A stretch of 64,000 nt of DNA from Escherichia coli 042 (lineage in GTDB: Bacteria; Pseudomonadota; Gammaproteobacteria; Enterobacterales; Enterobacteriaceae): NCBI RefSeq assembly GCF_000027125.1, contig NC_017626.1. One strand, 5' to 3'. Shown here piece by piece: positions 18,093-34,087 of the stretch; position 1 is the stretch's first letter; every line of letters starts with the position of its first letter. Made by a program: the position numbers and the translations under genes. The notes below the pieces were generated by a model. That model did not search any database. It was not told the DNA's origin and saw only the letters and a list, made by a program, of their open reading frames with translations.

Positions 18093-18917
18093 TTACTCCA
18101 GCGGCATTACCAGCGGATCGGGATACTGGTATTCAAATCCCAGTTCATTACAAATCCGACTGCCATCAATAATCTTACCTTTGCCGCTGTCCAGACTATT
18201 TCTGAACTGCGGAGGTTCCAGCCCCAGTAAACGGGCCATCTGCGGATAGAAAACATTACGCGCAGGGTGATCTGGCGCACATATATTATAGATGTGTCCG
18301 CCTTTAGGTGCCTGTAACAACAGAGTGATAGCGCCAATAACATCTTCTAAATGGACTAAATTAACACCATGTTCACCATCAGGGGCGGTTTTTCCGGCAA
18401 AGAAGCGTCCGGGATGACGTCCCGGTCCGACCAGCCCCGCAAGACGCAGAATATCGACCGAAGTACCGGGTAAATTGTGCAGCCAGTCTTCGAGCTCTTC
18501 TAATACTCGTCCACTGTTGGTCACCGGATTACGCGGGGTAGTTTCTTTCACCGTGCCTTGCGCATCGCCATAGACAGATGTTGAGCTGGTGAAAATAATG
18601 CGGGGAATACGATGGGCCAGCGCGCTATCCACTAACTCTTGTACCGCTTGTAAATAGAACTCATCGCCGGGGCCGCTACGACGTGCCGGAAGCGTAATGA
18701 CCAGCGCATCGGTATCCATCAGGGCATCCAGATCGTCAGAATCGCAAACTAACTCAGGCTCCATGCGAAGCAGATAACTATCAATGCCACTCATTCGGGC
18801 CGCTTCGACACCATCTTGCGTGGTTTTACTCCCGGTGACTTGCCAGCCTCGCGCTGAAAGTGACATCGCCAGCGGCATGCCTAACCACCCTAACCCGACA
18901 ATTGCGACCTTTTTCAT
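18093..18917 (-). CDS. yeeZ: NAD-dependent epimerase/dehydratase-family protein YeeZ, 274 aa
   Basis: N-terminal Rossmann motif VAIVGLGWLG; length matches K-12 YeeZ. Confidence 0.85.
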   Translation of the reverse strand: MKKVAIVGLGWLGMPLAMSLSARGWQVTGSKTTQDGVEAARMSGIDSYLLRMEPELVCDSDDLDALMDTDALVITLPARRSGPGDEFYLQAVQELVDSALAHRIPRIIFTSSTSVYGDAQGTVKETTPRNPVTNSGRVLEELEDWLHNLPGTSVDILRLAGLVGPGRHPGRFFAGKTAPDGEHGVNLVHLEDVIGAITLLLQAPKGGHIYNICAPDHPARNVFYPQMARLLGLEPPQFRNSLDSGKGKIIDGSRICNELGFEYQYPDPLVMPLE

Positions 18918-18999
18918 CCGTTATCTCCTGATACACCTTAGATCTATAAGGCTACGCTAGCGTATCAAAACTGACAATTCATTCTATGAATGAATCTGT

Positions 19000-19254
19000 T
19001 CAATAATGATAACGACATGCTGCAATGAGCAGTGAATCGTCGGTAACCGCGTATACCAGACGGTGCTCCTCTGTAATGCGTCGGGACCAGAAGCCTGACA
19101 AATTATGCTTCAGGGGTTCTGGCTTCCCCTTACCTTCAAATGGTGTTCTGCGGGTATCTTTGATAAGTTCAATGATCTTTTTAACAATTCGCTTATCTGT
19201 TTCCTGCCAGTACAGATAATCATCCCATGACTCCTCAGACCAGATTAGTTTCAC
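19000..19254 (-). CDS. yoeB: Type II toxin YoeB (ribosome-dependent mRNA interferase), 84 aa
   Basis: Length; overlaps the yefM stop by 4 nt; position next to hisL. Confidence 0.9.
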
Positions 19255-19502
19255 TCAATAATGTCCTTTTCCGTTCCTTTGCCTGATTTCAGGCTATCGA
19301 TTGAGTCCATCAATCTCCGGGCGTTAGCGGGGGAGCGCAGTAGATAAGCCGTCTCTTCCAGCGAGTTGTATTCTTCGAGTGACATCAGAACACAAGCCTC
19401 TCCATTCTGACGAGTAATAAGGATCGGGGCATGATCTTCAACGGCTTTCATCATTGTTGCCGACAAATTCTGGCGCGCTTCGCTGTAGCTAATTGTACGC
19501 AT
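19251..19502 (-). CDS. yefM: Type II antitoxin YefM, 83 aa
   Basis: Start set at [13 protein letters not shown] with AAGAGGAG RBS; overlaps yoeB. Confidence 0.9.
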
Positions 19503-19517
19503 TTCAATCTCCTCTTT

Positions 19518-19535
19518 TGTACAGTTCATTGTACA
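19518..19535. promoter_or_regulatory. yefM-yoeB operator: TGTACA-N6-TGTACA
   Basis: Two TGTACA hexamers at 19518-19523 and 19530-19535 just upstream of the yefM RBS; this core hexamer is the reported YefM-YoeB binding site. Confidence 0.6.
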
Positions 19536-19717
19536 ATGATAGGCGTTAATTAACTATTTATTAATTAGTCTGTAGATCAAGACATTGTCAGTGAGACGAA
19601 AAATCCAGGTTTCGCTATTTTGGGTGCCGTCAGGTTAGGGGACACTCCTCTTAGCCCCCTCCTTTCCCCGCTCATTCATTAAACAAATCCATCGCCATAA
19701 AATATATAAAAAAGCCC

Positions 19718-19747
19718 TTGCTTTCTAACGTGAAAGTGGTTTAGGTT
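19718..19747 (+). promoter_or_regulatory. Candidate his operon promoter (-35 TTGCTT, 17-bp spacer, -10 TTAGGT/TAGGTT) with AT-rich upstream tract
   Basis: Hexamers about 40 bp upstream of the hisL ATG. Confidence 0.45.
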
Positions 19748-19785
19748 AAAAGACATCAGTTGAATAAACATTCACAGAGACTTTT

Positions 19786-19836
19786 ATGACACGCGTTCAA
19801 TTTAAACACCACCATCATCACCATCATCCTGACTAG
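19786..19836 (+). CDS. hisL: his operon leader peptide, 16 aa with seven consecutive His codons
   Basis: ATG ACA CGC GTT CAA TTT AAA CAC CAC CAT CAT CAC CAT CAT CCT GAC TAG. Confidence 0.95.
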   Translation: MTRVQFKHHHHHHHPD

Positions 19837-19900
19837 TCTTTCAGGCGATGTGTGCTGGAAGACATTCAGATCTTCCAGTGGTGCATGAACGCATGAGAAA

Positions 19901-19933
19901 GCCCCCGGAAGATCACCTTCCGGGGGCTTTTTT
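19901..19933 (+). terminator. his attenuator terminator
   Basis: gcccccggaag (19901-19911) / cttccgggggc (19917-19927) stem followed by TTTTTT at 19928-19933. Confidence 0.85.
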
Positions 19934-19981
19934 ATTGCGCGGTTGATAACGGTTCAGACAGGTTTAAAGAGGAATAAGAAA

Positions 19982-20881
19982 ATGACAGACAACACTCGTT
20001 TACGCATAGCTATGCAGAAATCCGGCCGTTTAAGTGATGACTCACGCGAATTGCTGGCGCGCTGTGGCATTAAAATCAATCTTCACACCCAGCGCCTGAT
20101 CGCGATGGCAGAAAACATGCCGATTGATATTCTGCGCGTACGTGATGACGACATTCCCGGTCTGGTAATGGACGGCGTGGTAGACCTTGGGATTATCGGC
20201 GAAAACGTGCTGGAAGAAGAGCTGCTTAACCGCCGCGCCCAGGGTGAAGATCCGCGCTACTTTACCCTGCGTCGACTGGATTTCGGCGGCTGCCGCCTTT
20301 CGCTGGCAACGCCGGTTGATGAAGCCTGGGACGGTCCGCTCTCCTTAAACGGTAAACGTATCGCCACCTCTTATCCTCACCTGCTCAAGCGTTATCTCGA
20401 CCAGAAAGGCATCTCTTTTAAATCCTGCTTACTGAACGGTTCTGTCGAAGTCGCCCCGCGTGCCGGACTGGCAGATGCGATTTGCGATCTGGTTTCCACC
20501 GGTGCCACGCTGGAAGCTAACGGCCTGCGCGAAGTCGAAGTTATCTACCGCTCGAAAGCCTGCCTGATCCAACGCGATGGCGAAATGGAAGGATCCAAAC
20601 AGCAACTGATCGACAAACTGCTGACCCGTATTCAGGGTGTGATCCAGGCGCGCGAATCAAAATACATCATGATGCACGCACCGACCGAACGCCTGGATGA
20701 AGTCATCGCCCTGCTGCCAGGTGCCGAACGCCCAACTATTCTGCCGCTGGCAGGTGATCAACAGCGCGTAGCGATGCACATGGTCAGTAGCGAAACCCTG
20801 TTCTGGGAAACGATGGAAAAACTGAAAGCGCTGGGTGCCAGTTCAATCCTGGTGCTGCCGATTGAGAAGATGATGGAGTGA
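19982..20881 (+). CDS. hisG: ATP phosphoribosyltransferase, 299 aa
   Basis: Start set at [17 protein letters not shown]; first structural gene after the attenuator. Confidence 0.95.
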   Translation: MTDNTRLRIAMQKSGRLSDDSRELLARCGIKINLHTQRLIAMAENMPIDILRVRDDDIPGLVMDGVVDLGIIGENVLEEELLNRRAQGEDPRYFTLRRLDFGGCRLSLATPVDEAWDGPLSLNGKRIATSYPHLLKRYLDQKGISFKSCLLNGSVEVAPRAGLADAICDLVSTGATLEANGLREVEVIYRSKACLIQRDGEMEGSKQQLIDKLLTRIQGVIQARESKYIMMHAPTERLDEVIALLPGAERPTILPLAGDQQRVAMHMVSSETLFWETMEKLKALGASSILVLPIEKMME

Positions 20882-20886
20882 TCGCC

Positions 20887-23257
<2,371 letters not shown>

Positions 23258-23258
<1 letters not shown>

Positions 23259-24324
23259 TGAGTCAGAAGTATCTTTTTATCGATCGCGATGGAACCCTGA
23301 TTAGCGAACCGCCGAGTGATTTTCAGGTGGACCGTTTTGACAAACTCGCCTTTGAACCTGGCGTGATCCCGGAGCTGCTGAAGCTGCAAAAAGCGGGCTA
23401 CAAGCTGGTGATGATCACTAATCAGGATGGTCTGGGAACACAAAGTTTCCCGCAGGCGGATTTTGATGGCCCGCACAACCTGATGATGCAGATCTTCACC
23501 TCACAAGGCGTGCAGTTTGATGAAGTGCTGATTTGTCCGCACCTGCCCGCCGATGAGTGCGACTGCCGTAAGCCGAAAGTAAAACTGGTGGAGCTTTATC
23601 TCGCTGAGCAAGCGATGGATCGCGCCAACAGTTATGTGATTGGCGATCGCGCGACCGATATTCAACTGGCTGAAAACATGGGTATTAATGGTTTACGCTA
23701 CGACCGCGAAACCCTGAACTGGCCAATGATTGGCGAGCAACTCACTAAACGAGACCGTTACGCCCATGTAGTGCGCAACACCAAAGAGACGCAAATTGAC
23801 GTCCAGGTGTGGCTGGATCGCGAAGGTGGCAGCAAGATTAACACCGGTGTTGGCTTCTTTGATCACATGCTGGATCAGATCGCTACTCACGGCGGTTTCC
23901 GGATGGAAATCAACGTCAAAGGCGACCTCTATATCGACGATCACCACACCGTCGAAGATACCGGCCTGGCGCTGGGCGAAGCGTTAAAAATTGCTCTTGG
24001 CGACAAACGCGGTATTTGCCGCTTCGGTTTTGTGCTGCCGATGGACGAATGCCTTGCCCGCTGCGCACTGGATATCTCTGGTCGCCCGCACCTGGAATAT
24101 AAAGCCGAGTTTACCTACCAGCGCGTGGGCGATCTCAGCACCGAGATGATCGAGCACTTCTTCCGTTCGCTCTCTTACACCATGGGCGTGACGCTCCACC
24201 TGAAAACCAAAGGTAAAAACGATCACCACCGTGTAGAGAGTCTGTTCAAAGCCTTTGGTCGGACCCTGCGCCAGGCCATCCGCGTGGAAGGCGATACCCT
24301 GCCCTCGTCGAAAGGAGTGCTGTA

Positions 24325-24325
<1 letters not shown>
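23258..24325 (+). CDS. hisB: Bifunctional histidinol-phosphatase / imidazoleglycerol-phosphate dehydratase, 355 aa
   Basis: N-terminal HAD motif FIDRDGT; length; operon position. Confidence 0.95.
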
Positions 24326-26403
<2,078 letters not shown>

Positions 26404-26410
<7 letters not shown>

Positions 26411-27015
26411 CAGAACAACAACGTCACGAACTGGACTGGGAAAAAACCGACGGACTGATGCCGGTGATTGTACAACACGCGGTATCTGGCGAAGTGTTAA
26501 TGCTGGGCTATATGAACCCGGAAGCTCTGGACAAAACCATCGAAAGTGGCAAAGTTACCTTCTTCTCGCGCACTAAACAGCGACTGTGGACCAAAGGCGA
26601 AACGTCGGGTAATTTCCTCAACGTAGTGAGTATTGCGTCGGACTGCGACAACGACACTTTATTAGTGCTGGCGAATCCCATCGGCCCGACCTGCCACAAA
26701 GGCACCAGCAGTTGCTTCGGCAACACCGCTCACCAGTGGCTGTTCCTGTATCAACTGGAACAACTGCTCGCCGAACGTAAATCTGCCGACCCGGAAACCT
26801 CTTACACAGCCAAACTGTATGCCAGCGGCACCAAACGCATCGCGCAGAAAGTGGGCGAAGAAGGGGTGGAAACTGCGCTGGCAGCAACGGTACATGACCG
26901 CTTTGAGCTGACCAACGAGGCATCTGACTTGATGTATCACCTGCTGGTGCTGTTGCAGGATCAGGGGCTGGATTTAACGACGGTGATTGAGAACCTGCGC
27001 AAACGGCATCAGTGA
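26404..27015 (+). CDS. hisI: Bifunctional phosphoribosyl-AMP cyclohydrolase / phosphoribosyl-ATP pyrophosphatase, 203 aa
   Basis: Last gene of the operon; length; overlaps the hisF end. Confidence 0.95.
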
Positions 27016-27025
27016 GTTGCGGACT

Positions 27026-27143
27026 GACCGGATGCGATGTTGTAGTCGCATCCGTAGCCATTGCCCGATGCGCAAGCTTATCGGGCCTACTATTCGCTCT
27101 GCACATTTTGGCTGGATAAGATGCGCCAGCATCGCATCCGGCA
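27026..27143. repeat. Cluster of REP-type palindromic units downstream of hisI
   Basis: Units such as ccggatgcgat...tcgcatccg, gcccgatgcgcaagcttatcgggcctac and ggctggataagatgcgccagcatcgcatccggc match the REP consensus. Confidence 0.55.
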
Positions 27144-27184
27144 AAAAAAACGGGCAAGGTGTCACCACCCTGCCCATTTTCTTT
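27143..27184. terminator. Bidirectional terminator between hisI and wzzB
   Basis: A8 run, stem gggcaaggtg (27152-27161) / caccctgccc (27166-27175) with one mismatch, then a T-rich run. Confidence 0.6.
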
Positions 27185-27197
27185 AAAACTGCAAAGA

Positions 27198-28175
27198 TTA
27201 TTTCGCGTTGTAATTGCGTAGAGCGTTACGCCCCAGCACAATCCCCGCGCCAACCATGCCACCCAGTAGCACTGCCAGAATCAAGGTAATTGCCTTTTTC
27301 GGGCTATCGCGACGAATAGGTAACGTCGGTTTCATCACATAACGGTAAGCATGAATATCAAGATCATCAACCTTTAAGCTTTCGATATCCAGCAGGTTTT
27401 GACGAGTCTGATAGTAGTTTGGTGAGAACACCAACGGACGGGTCGCCTCATGCTTAATCATCGACTCCAGTGCTTCGCTCCCAAGAAGGAACAACGTATC
27501 TTGCGTCACATCTTCAGTCTGCTGAACCTGTGGTTTTGTCACCTGCGCCTGATTCGCATACTGCAATGCTTCCTGAATCTGACGGATACGCAGATCTTTC
27601 TGCTCCTGCGCGACCACTTCCTGCGTTCTTAAAGAGTCCTGCAAGTTTTTCCGTCCCAGAGCAATGTTGTCTTTGAGATCCTTTTCTAGCTCTTGATTCA
27701 CTTTATCGTCAACTTGCTGAATGTATTGGGCCAACTTCATTTGTGCGCCCTCTGCAGTTTGCCCAACATAAGAAACAGTCAATGGTAATTGCTGGTTCTT
27801 AACAGAAGGTTCGATGGTAAGTTTTTCTGGTTCTTCCTGATTATCCAGCGTTTCTGCTAATGCAGAGAAGGCAGAACTGAAGCGACCAATCAACGTCTCC
27901 TGCAAATCTGACACTTTCGGTGCAGCCTGACCATAGATAACATTCATGGCATTGTTATAGCCAGCGATTTGCCCCACATCAGGTTGAGTAACGATAGCTG
28001 TGGAAGTCCACTTTTCTTTGGCAACGGCCAGATACCCTATAGCCAGGGCAATAGCAACAATGACAGAGATGATGATTGTCATCTTGCCACGCCACAACTG
28101 CATTAGTAAATCAATCAAATCAATCTGTTCCGGGTCATGGTTTTGCCCAGAAACATTATTATTTTCTACTCTCAT
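27198..28175 (-). CDS. wzzB: O-antigen chain-length determinant WzzB (Cld)
   Basis: Start set at MRVENNNVSGQNHDPEQIDLIDL; N- and C-terminal membrane helices flanking a coiled-coil periplasmic domain. Confidence 0.9.
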   Translation of the reverse strand: MRVENNNVSGQNHDPEQIDLIDLLMQLWRGKMTIIISVIVAIALAIGYLAVAKEKWTSTAIVTQPDVGQIAGYNNAMNVIYGQAAPKVSDLQETLIGRFSSAFSALAETLDNQEEPEKLTIEPSVKNQQLPLTVSYVGQTAEGAQMKLAQYIQQVDDKVNQELEKDLKDNIALGRKNLQDSLRTQEVVAQEQKDLRIRQIQEALQYANQAQVTKPQVQQTEDVTQDTLFLLGSEALESMIKHEATRPLVFSPNYYQTRQNLLDIESLKVDDLDIHAYRYVMKPTLPIRRDSPKKAITLILAVLLGGMVGAGIVLGRNALRNYNAK

Positions 28176-28320
28176 CATTACCCTAACTGACGGAAATTTC
28201 CAAGTCCGCATAGTTTAGCGATAATCCTCGTGAATGCTATAGGATAAGTGATAAAAATAATGAATTATTGAGGAAGTAACAAAAGACAATCAGGGCGTAA
28301 ATAGCCCTGATAACAAGATG

Positions 28321-29496
<1,176 letters not shown>

Positions 29497-29677
29497 TCAG
29501 AATTAACTTAACTGTGAATCATGATGTTTTTAGCATCCTGATAAGAGTTAAAAGTTTTAACGCTACGTTGTAAGATGGTCAACGCAACGAAAAACAATTC
29601 AGAATTTCTTTATAAGAATAGCTGATATTTATTAAGTTAATATTAAGCAGTGAAATTTAGTCTATAAGATAATTGGC

Positions 29678-29710
29678 AAAAAAAAAGCCCGGTGCAATAT
29701 ACGCCGGGCC
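29678..29710 (-). terminator. gnd rho-independent terminator
   Basis: On the minus strand: stem gcccgg / ccgggc (29687-29692, 29704-29709) followed by a U9 run (A9 at 29678-29686 on the plus strand). Confidence 0.6.
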
Positions 29711-29736
29711 TCAATTTTATTGTTGGTTAAATCAGA

Positions 29737-31143
29737 TTAATCCAGCCATTCAGTATGGAACACACCTTCTTTATCAATGCGCTTATAAGTATGTGCACCG
29801 AAATAGTCACGCTGTGCCTGGATCAGGTTCGCAGGCAGAACAGCGGCACGGTAGCTATCGTAATAGGCAACCGCAGCGGCGAAGGTCGGAACCGGGATAC
29901 CGTTTTGTACTGCATAAGCAACGACATCACGCAGCGCCTGCTGGTAGTCATCAGCAATTTGCTTGAAGTACGGAGCCAGCAGCAGGTTAGCGATCTGCGG
30001 ATCTTCGGCATAAGCATCGGTGATTTTCTGCAGGAACTGCGCACGGATGATGCAGCCAGCACGGAAAATCTTCGCGATTTCGCCGTAGTTCAGATCCCAG
30101 TTGTACTCTTCAGACGCGGCGCGTAGCTGAGAGAAGCCCTGAGCGTAAGAAACGATTTTGCCCAGATACAGCGCACGGCGAACTTTTTCGATGAACTCAG
30201 CCTTGTCGCCTGCTGGCTGCGCTTGCGGGCCAGAGAGAACTTTAGACGCGGCAACGCGCTGATCTTTCAGAGAAGAGATATAACGTGCAAACACAGACTC
30301 GGTTATCAGCGACAGCGGTTCGCCGAGATCCAGCGCACTCTGGCTGGTCCATTTGCCCGTACCTTTGTTTGCTGCTTCATCCAGAATCACATCAACCAGG
30401 TAGTTACCGTCTTCATCTTTTTTGGTGAAGATATCTTTGGTGATGTCGATCAGGTAGCTGCTCAGTTCACCGTTATTCCACTCGGTAAAAGTCTGCGCCA
30501 GTTCTTCGTTGGTGAGGTTCAGGCCACCTTTTAGCAGAGAATAGGCTTCAGCAATCAGCTGCATATCGCCGTATTCAATACCGTTGTGAACCATCTTCAC
30601 ATAGTGACCTGCGCCATCGGCACCAATATAGGTAACGCATGGCTCACCGTCTTCAGCTACTGCGGCGATTTTGGTCAGGATCGGTGCAACCAGTTCATAG
30701 GCTTCTTTCTGCCCACCAGGCATGATGGAAGGTCCTTTCAACGCCCCCTCTTCACCGCCGGAAACACCGGTACCGATGAAGTTAAAGCCCTCTGCTGAAA
30801 GCTCACGATTACGACGAATAGTGTCCTGGAAGAAGGTGTTACCACCATCAATGATGATGTCACCTTTATCGAGATATGGTTTGAGGGAATCAATAGCAGC
30901 ATCCGTGCCTGCACCTGCTTTCACCATTAACAGGATGCGACGAGGGGTTTCAAGAGACTCGACAAACTCTTTCACCGTGTAATAAGGAACCAGTTTCTTA
31001 CCCGGGTTCTCGGCAACAACTTCTTCAGTTTTTTCGCGGGAGCGGTTGAAGACGGAGACGGTATAACCACGGCTTTCGATGTTGAGCGCCAGGTTGCGCC
31101 CCATCACTGCCATACCGACGACGCCGATCTGTTGCTTGGACAT
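29737..31143 (-). CDS. gnd: 6-phosphogluconate dehydrogenase (decarboxylating), 468 aa
   Basis: N-terminus [30 protein letters not shown]; length. Confidence 0.95.
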   Translation of the reverse strand: MSKQQIGVVGMAVMGRNLALNIESRGYTVSVFNRSREKTEEVVAENPGKKLVPYYTVKEFVESLETPRRILLMVKAGAGTDAAIDSLKPYLDKGDIIIDGGNTFFQDTIRRNRELSAEGFNFIGTGVSGGEEGALKGPSIMPGGQKEAYELVAPILTKIAAVAEDGEPCVTYIGADGAGHYVKMVHNGIEYGDMQLIAEAYSLLKGGLNLTNEELAQTFTEWNNGELSSYLIDITKDIFTKKDEDGNYLVDVILDEAANKGTGKWTSQSALDLGEPLSLITESVFARYISSLKDQRVAASKVLSGPQAQPAGDKAEFIEKVRRALYLGKIVSYAQGFSQLRAASEEYNWDLNYGEIAKIFRAGCIIRAQFLQKITDAYAEDPQIANLLLAPYFKQIADDYQQALRDVVAYAVQNGIPVPTFAAAVAYYDSYRAAVLPANLIQAQRDYFGAHTYKRIDKEGVFHTEWLD

Positions 31144-31295
31144 TACATACTCCTGTCAGGTGTGGTCACCGCGACATACGCGGTTATGCTTGTAAAGCAG
31201 ATAGTATCAAACAATTAGTAATCTATGTTAGAACTTACTCAAGCTAAGTGTTCATAAATAGAACAAACTAATTCTATTCAAAGAGGACTCATTGA

Positions 31296-32531
31296 TTACA
31301 TTTCGAATGTTTTTTTAGGACGCATCTTTTTTATCATAAAAAAGCTGCAGAGAAGTAATATGAAACTAATACACTCTACAAGCAGAATCGTCATAGCAGC
31401 ACCTTTAACACCGTACTTCATTATTAAGAAATACATAGTTGGTATCGATGTCAAAATGCAAACATACGAAACATACAAACCCACTTTATAAAACCCCTGT
31501 GACTGAATTATTGCAGTTGTACCACCATTGATACATTTCACACATGCAACAATCAAGAACATCATTATCAAGAAATCATTATTAACATTAGAAATCAATA
31601 CAAAATGACCCAGGTATTTTATTATAAAGAAATAAACTAATGAACTCAGCACGCCATATGCCACAATACATAACAGGAACTGAAACACCTTAGTAAAAGC
31701 ATTTTTTTCTTGTAAGTTAATTCGGCAAAATCTTGCATAGGCAACTGTAGAAAATACAGAAGAAACCATAACCAGTGGATCAACCATCCTAAATATCTGG
31801 CCATATGCTGCAAGATCCCCTGGGGCAAATGTCTTGAGATAAAAATTATCTATACGGCTATAAATAATTACAACAACAGCTGTAAGACCTATACTTAATG
31901 TATATTTATATAAAGAAAGAATTGACATTAGCACATCAAAAGCTGACGTTCTAATAAACCTAAACTTGACACTAACGAATAGTTTTAGTGTAACCAGCGA
32001 TACGAATAATAGTTCAACACACAGGTAATCCCATGCGTTAAATTTAACGTTTAAAAAATACTGAATAGCGAAGATCGTACACGTTGCAATAGATGCAATT
32101 GCGATCGGAACCGTGAGAGATTTATTGGAATTGAGAGATTGAAAATAGCTATTTGAGAAATTAAAAAATAAAGCAACAGGTAAGGCTAACACAATAGGAA
32201 TATAGACATTATATTGATAACCCTGAACAAAAGAATACAAACAAAACAGTAGTAAAACAATTACTCCAGAAAGAATTTTTTGTGCAAACGTTACATTTAA
32301 TAGTTTTATTTTATCTGTAGAATCATTATATTTTTTTATAACAAACAGATCCACACCAAAATCAGTAACCACCCGAAGGACTTCGAGAAAACCAACTAAA
32401 AAAATGAACTCTCCGCCTACATCTTCTCCTAAGGAACGAGTAATCAGAATTATTGCAAGTGTTTTAAAACCGAAGTAACATATTTTATTAAATAGCGAAA
32501 AAATGCCATCGGAGAAAATTTCTTTGATCAT
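31296..32531 (-). CDS. wzx: Candidate O-antigen flippase Wzx, 411 aa
   Basis: AT-rich multi-pass membrane protein; N-terminal pattern ...TLAIILITRSLGEDVGGEF typical of Wzx; last gene of the cluster before gnd. Confidence 0.6.
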   Translation of the reverse strand: MIKEIFSDGIFSLFNKICYFGFKTLAIILITRSLGEDVGGEFIFLVGFLEVLRVVTDFGVDLFVIKKYNDSTDKIKLLNVTFAQKILSGVIVLLLFCLYSFVQGYQYNVYIPIVLALPVALFFNFSNSYFQSLNSNKSLTVPIAIASIATCTIFAIQYFLNVKFNAWDYLCVELLFVSLVTLKLFVSVKFRFIRTSAFDVLMSILSLYKYTLSIGLTAVVVIIYSRIDNFYLKTFAPGDLAAYGQIFRMVDPLVMVSSVFSTVAYARFCRINLQEKNAFTKVFQFLLCIVAYGVLSSLVYFFIIKYLGHFVLISNVNNDFLIMMFLIVACVKCINGGTTAIIQSQGFYKVGLYVSYVCILTSIPTMYFLIMKYGVKGAAMTILLVECISFILLLCSFFMIKKMRPKKTFEM

Positions 32532-32572
32532 GTCATGCCTACTGGTGAGATCCTGGTCGAAAAATAAACCAC

Positions 32573-33904
32573 TTACTGACCATGATAAATTTTATTTTTA
32601 ACAAGTAATGGAGATATAAGAACAATCGGCAATGATTTTAGAAGAAAAGCCAATGGCAAAATCAGTTCACCACGAACAGCATAAAAAAATCCAGATATCA
32701 TGGAGATGGCAACAAAGTTTATTATTATCCGTTGATTATTTAGTCCCCATTTAATAAAAAGCATCACCCCTGATAAATACAGTAAATAAATAATCACTCC
32801 CAAGTTTAGACTCAGCAACGATGACTCTAACAATCCTGAAGATGACAACGCAATACCAGAGGATACATCACCTAAAACAATTATTGAAAAATCTTTTGCG
32901 ATTTGTTGATCATCAAGAAAACCAAGACCGCTTAGCGGTAATACTTGTGTGAATACCACAGCGGGATGAAGTTGATCCCATCCTGATGATTGCATATCAA
33001 ACAAATTCTGCATCCCCCCAAGAGTAGAGGATAGCGAATCTAAAACAATGCCAATATAAATCATAAAATCGATTTGGTACCCTTCACGGAAATACGATAC
33101 CATCGAGAAGCATAAAAAACCGGCGATGAGAAATATTGGTTTTGAGAGTTGCTTAAATAAATTTCTTACTCTATACTCATTAGAGTACATATATAGTATA
33201 AAAATACAAATCACTGAAAAGAAAAACTTATTACGTATTCCAATAGCTAAATCAGATGCAAGTAAAACAAATGCAATAACTTTAATGTAGGTCGGTGTTT
33301 TAAAATAAAAAGTGGACAATGACATTACAACTGCAAAACCACTAATAGCACGAATAAAAAATGGAACTTGGGATAGCAATTCTTCGCTTTCAGTATAAAT
33401 TGCTAAATGCCCTTCTCCTGAATTCAATATAAACATAAGATAAATTAATATTTTGTATAATTGACACAGTGCAACAATAGAAAACAAAATATAAAATAAA
33501 CTAGTTAAATATCTTTTTTCTTCTTTTATGACAGTCTCTGTTGTTTGCAAGTAAAGGATGGAATTGATCAACATCCCCCAGATACAAATTATTTCAAACC
33601 CATGATTTGCGTTTTTAAAATAGTAAAGATAAATCGATGGCAAACCAATAATCAAAGAAAAAACGAATGCAAAAAGTAAGGTTAGTGATAAATAGCGAAC
33701 TCTATTAATATAATAATAGAACATCAAAACAACTAATAGCGCTGTAGATATAGTGGCTAAAATATCAATATACACTTGCGATACAAATGTATCCGCCCCT
33801 CCCCACAAGAAACATGAGGATAGTGAAAGAAATACAGAAAAATATATAGCCAGATGTTTAAACTGTATTTTATTGCACAATAATGAATAATATTGCTTAT
33901 GCAT
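32573..33904 (-). CDS. wzy: Candidate O-antigen polymerase Wzy, 443 aa
   Basis: Very AT-rich, highly hydrophobic multi-pass protein with no soluble domains; adjacent to wzx. Confidence 0.5.
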   Translation of the reverse strand: MHKQYYSLLCNKIQFKHLAIYFSVFLSLSSCFLWGGADTFVSQVYIDILATISTALLVVLMFYYYINRVRYLSLTLLFAFVFSLIIGLPSIYLYYFKNANHGFEIICIWGMLINSILYLQTTETVIKEEKRYLTSLFYILFSIVALCQLYKILIYLMFILNSGEGHLAIYTESEELLSQVPFFIRAISGFAVVMSLSTFYFKTPTYIKVIAFVLLASDLAIGIRNKFFFSVICIFILYMYSNEYRVRNLFKQLSKPIFLIAGFLCFSMVSYFREGYQIDFMIYIGIVLDSLSSTLGGMQNLFDMQSSGWDQLHPAVVFTQVLPLSGLGFLDDQQIAKDFSIIVLGDVSSGIALSSSGLLESSLLSLNLGVIIYLLYLSGVMLFIKWGLNNQRIIINFVAISMISGFFYAVRGELILPLAFLLKSLPIVLISPLLVKNKIYHGQ

Positions 33905-34087
33905 AGTAATTAGCTTTACTAGTGAAGTAACTCATTTGAAAAATAAGAAACAGTTAATTTTACAATCTCTTATTCGGGATGAACGCAAATAAAAACACCA
34001 ATGCTAAATATAAACAATTTATAAACAATCTATTACTGAGCGGTTAAATGACAAACCGCTCAAGAGTAGAAAAAAGTTTATATTTTT

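Noticed and set aside
26618-27262. 214-aa minus-strand ORF spanning the hisI 3' end, REP cluster and wzzB 5' end
   Set aside because: Crosses repeats and a terminator and overlaps two well-supported genes; spurious
33905-34087. Palindrome gagcggtt-aaatgaca-aaccgctc between wzy and manB
   Set aside because: No adjacent U-tract on the transcribed strand; likely incidental in an AT-rich spacer
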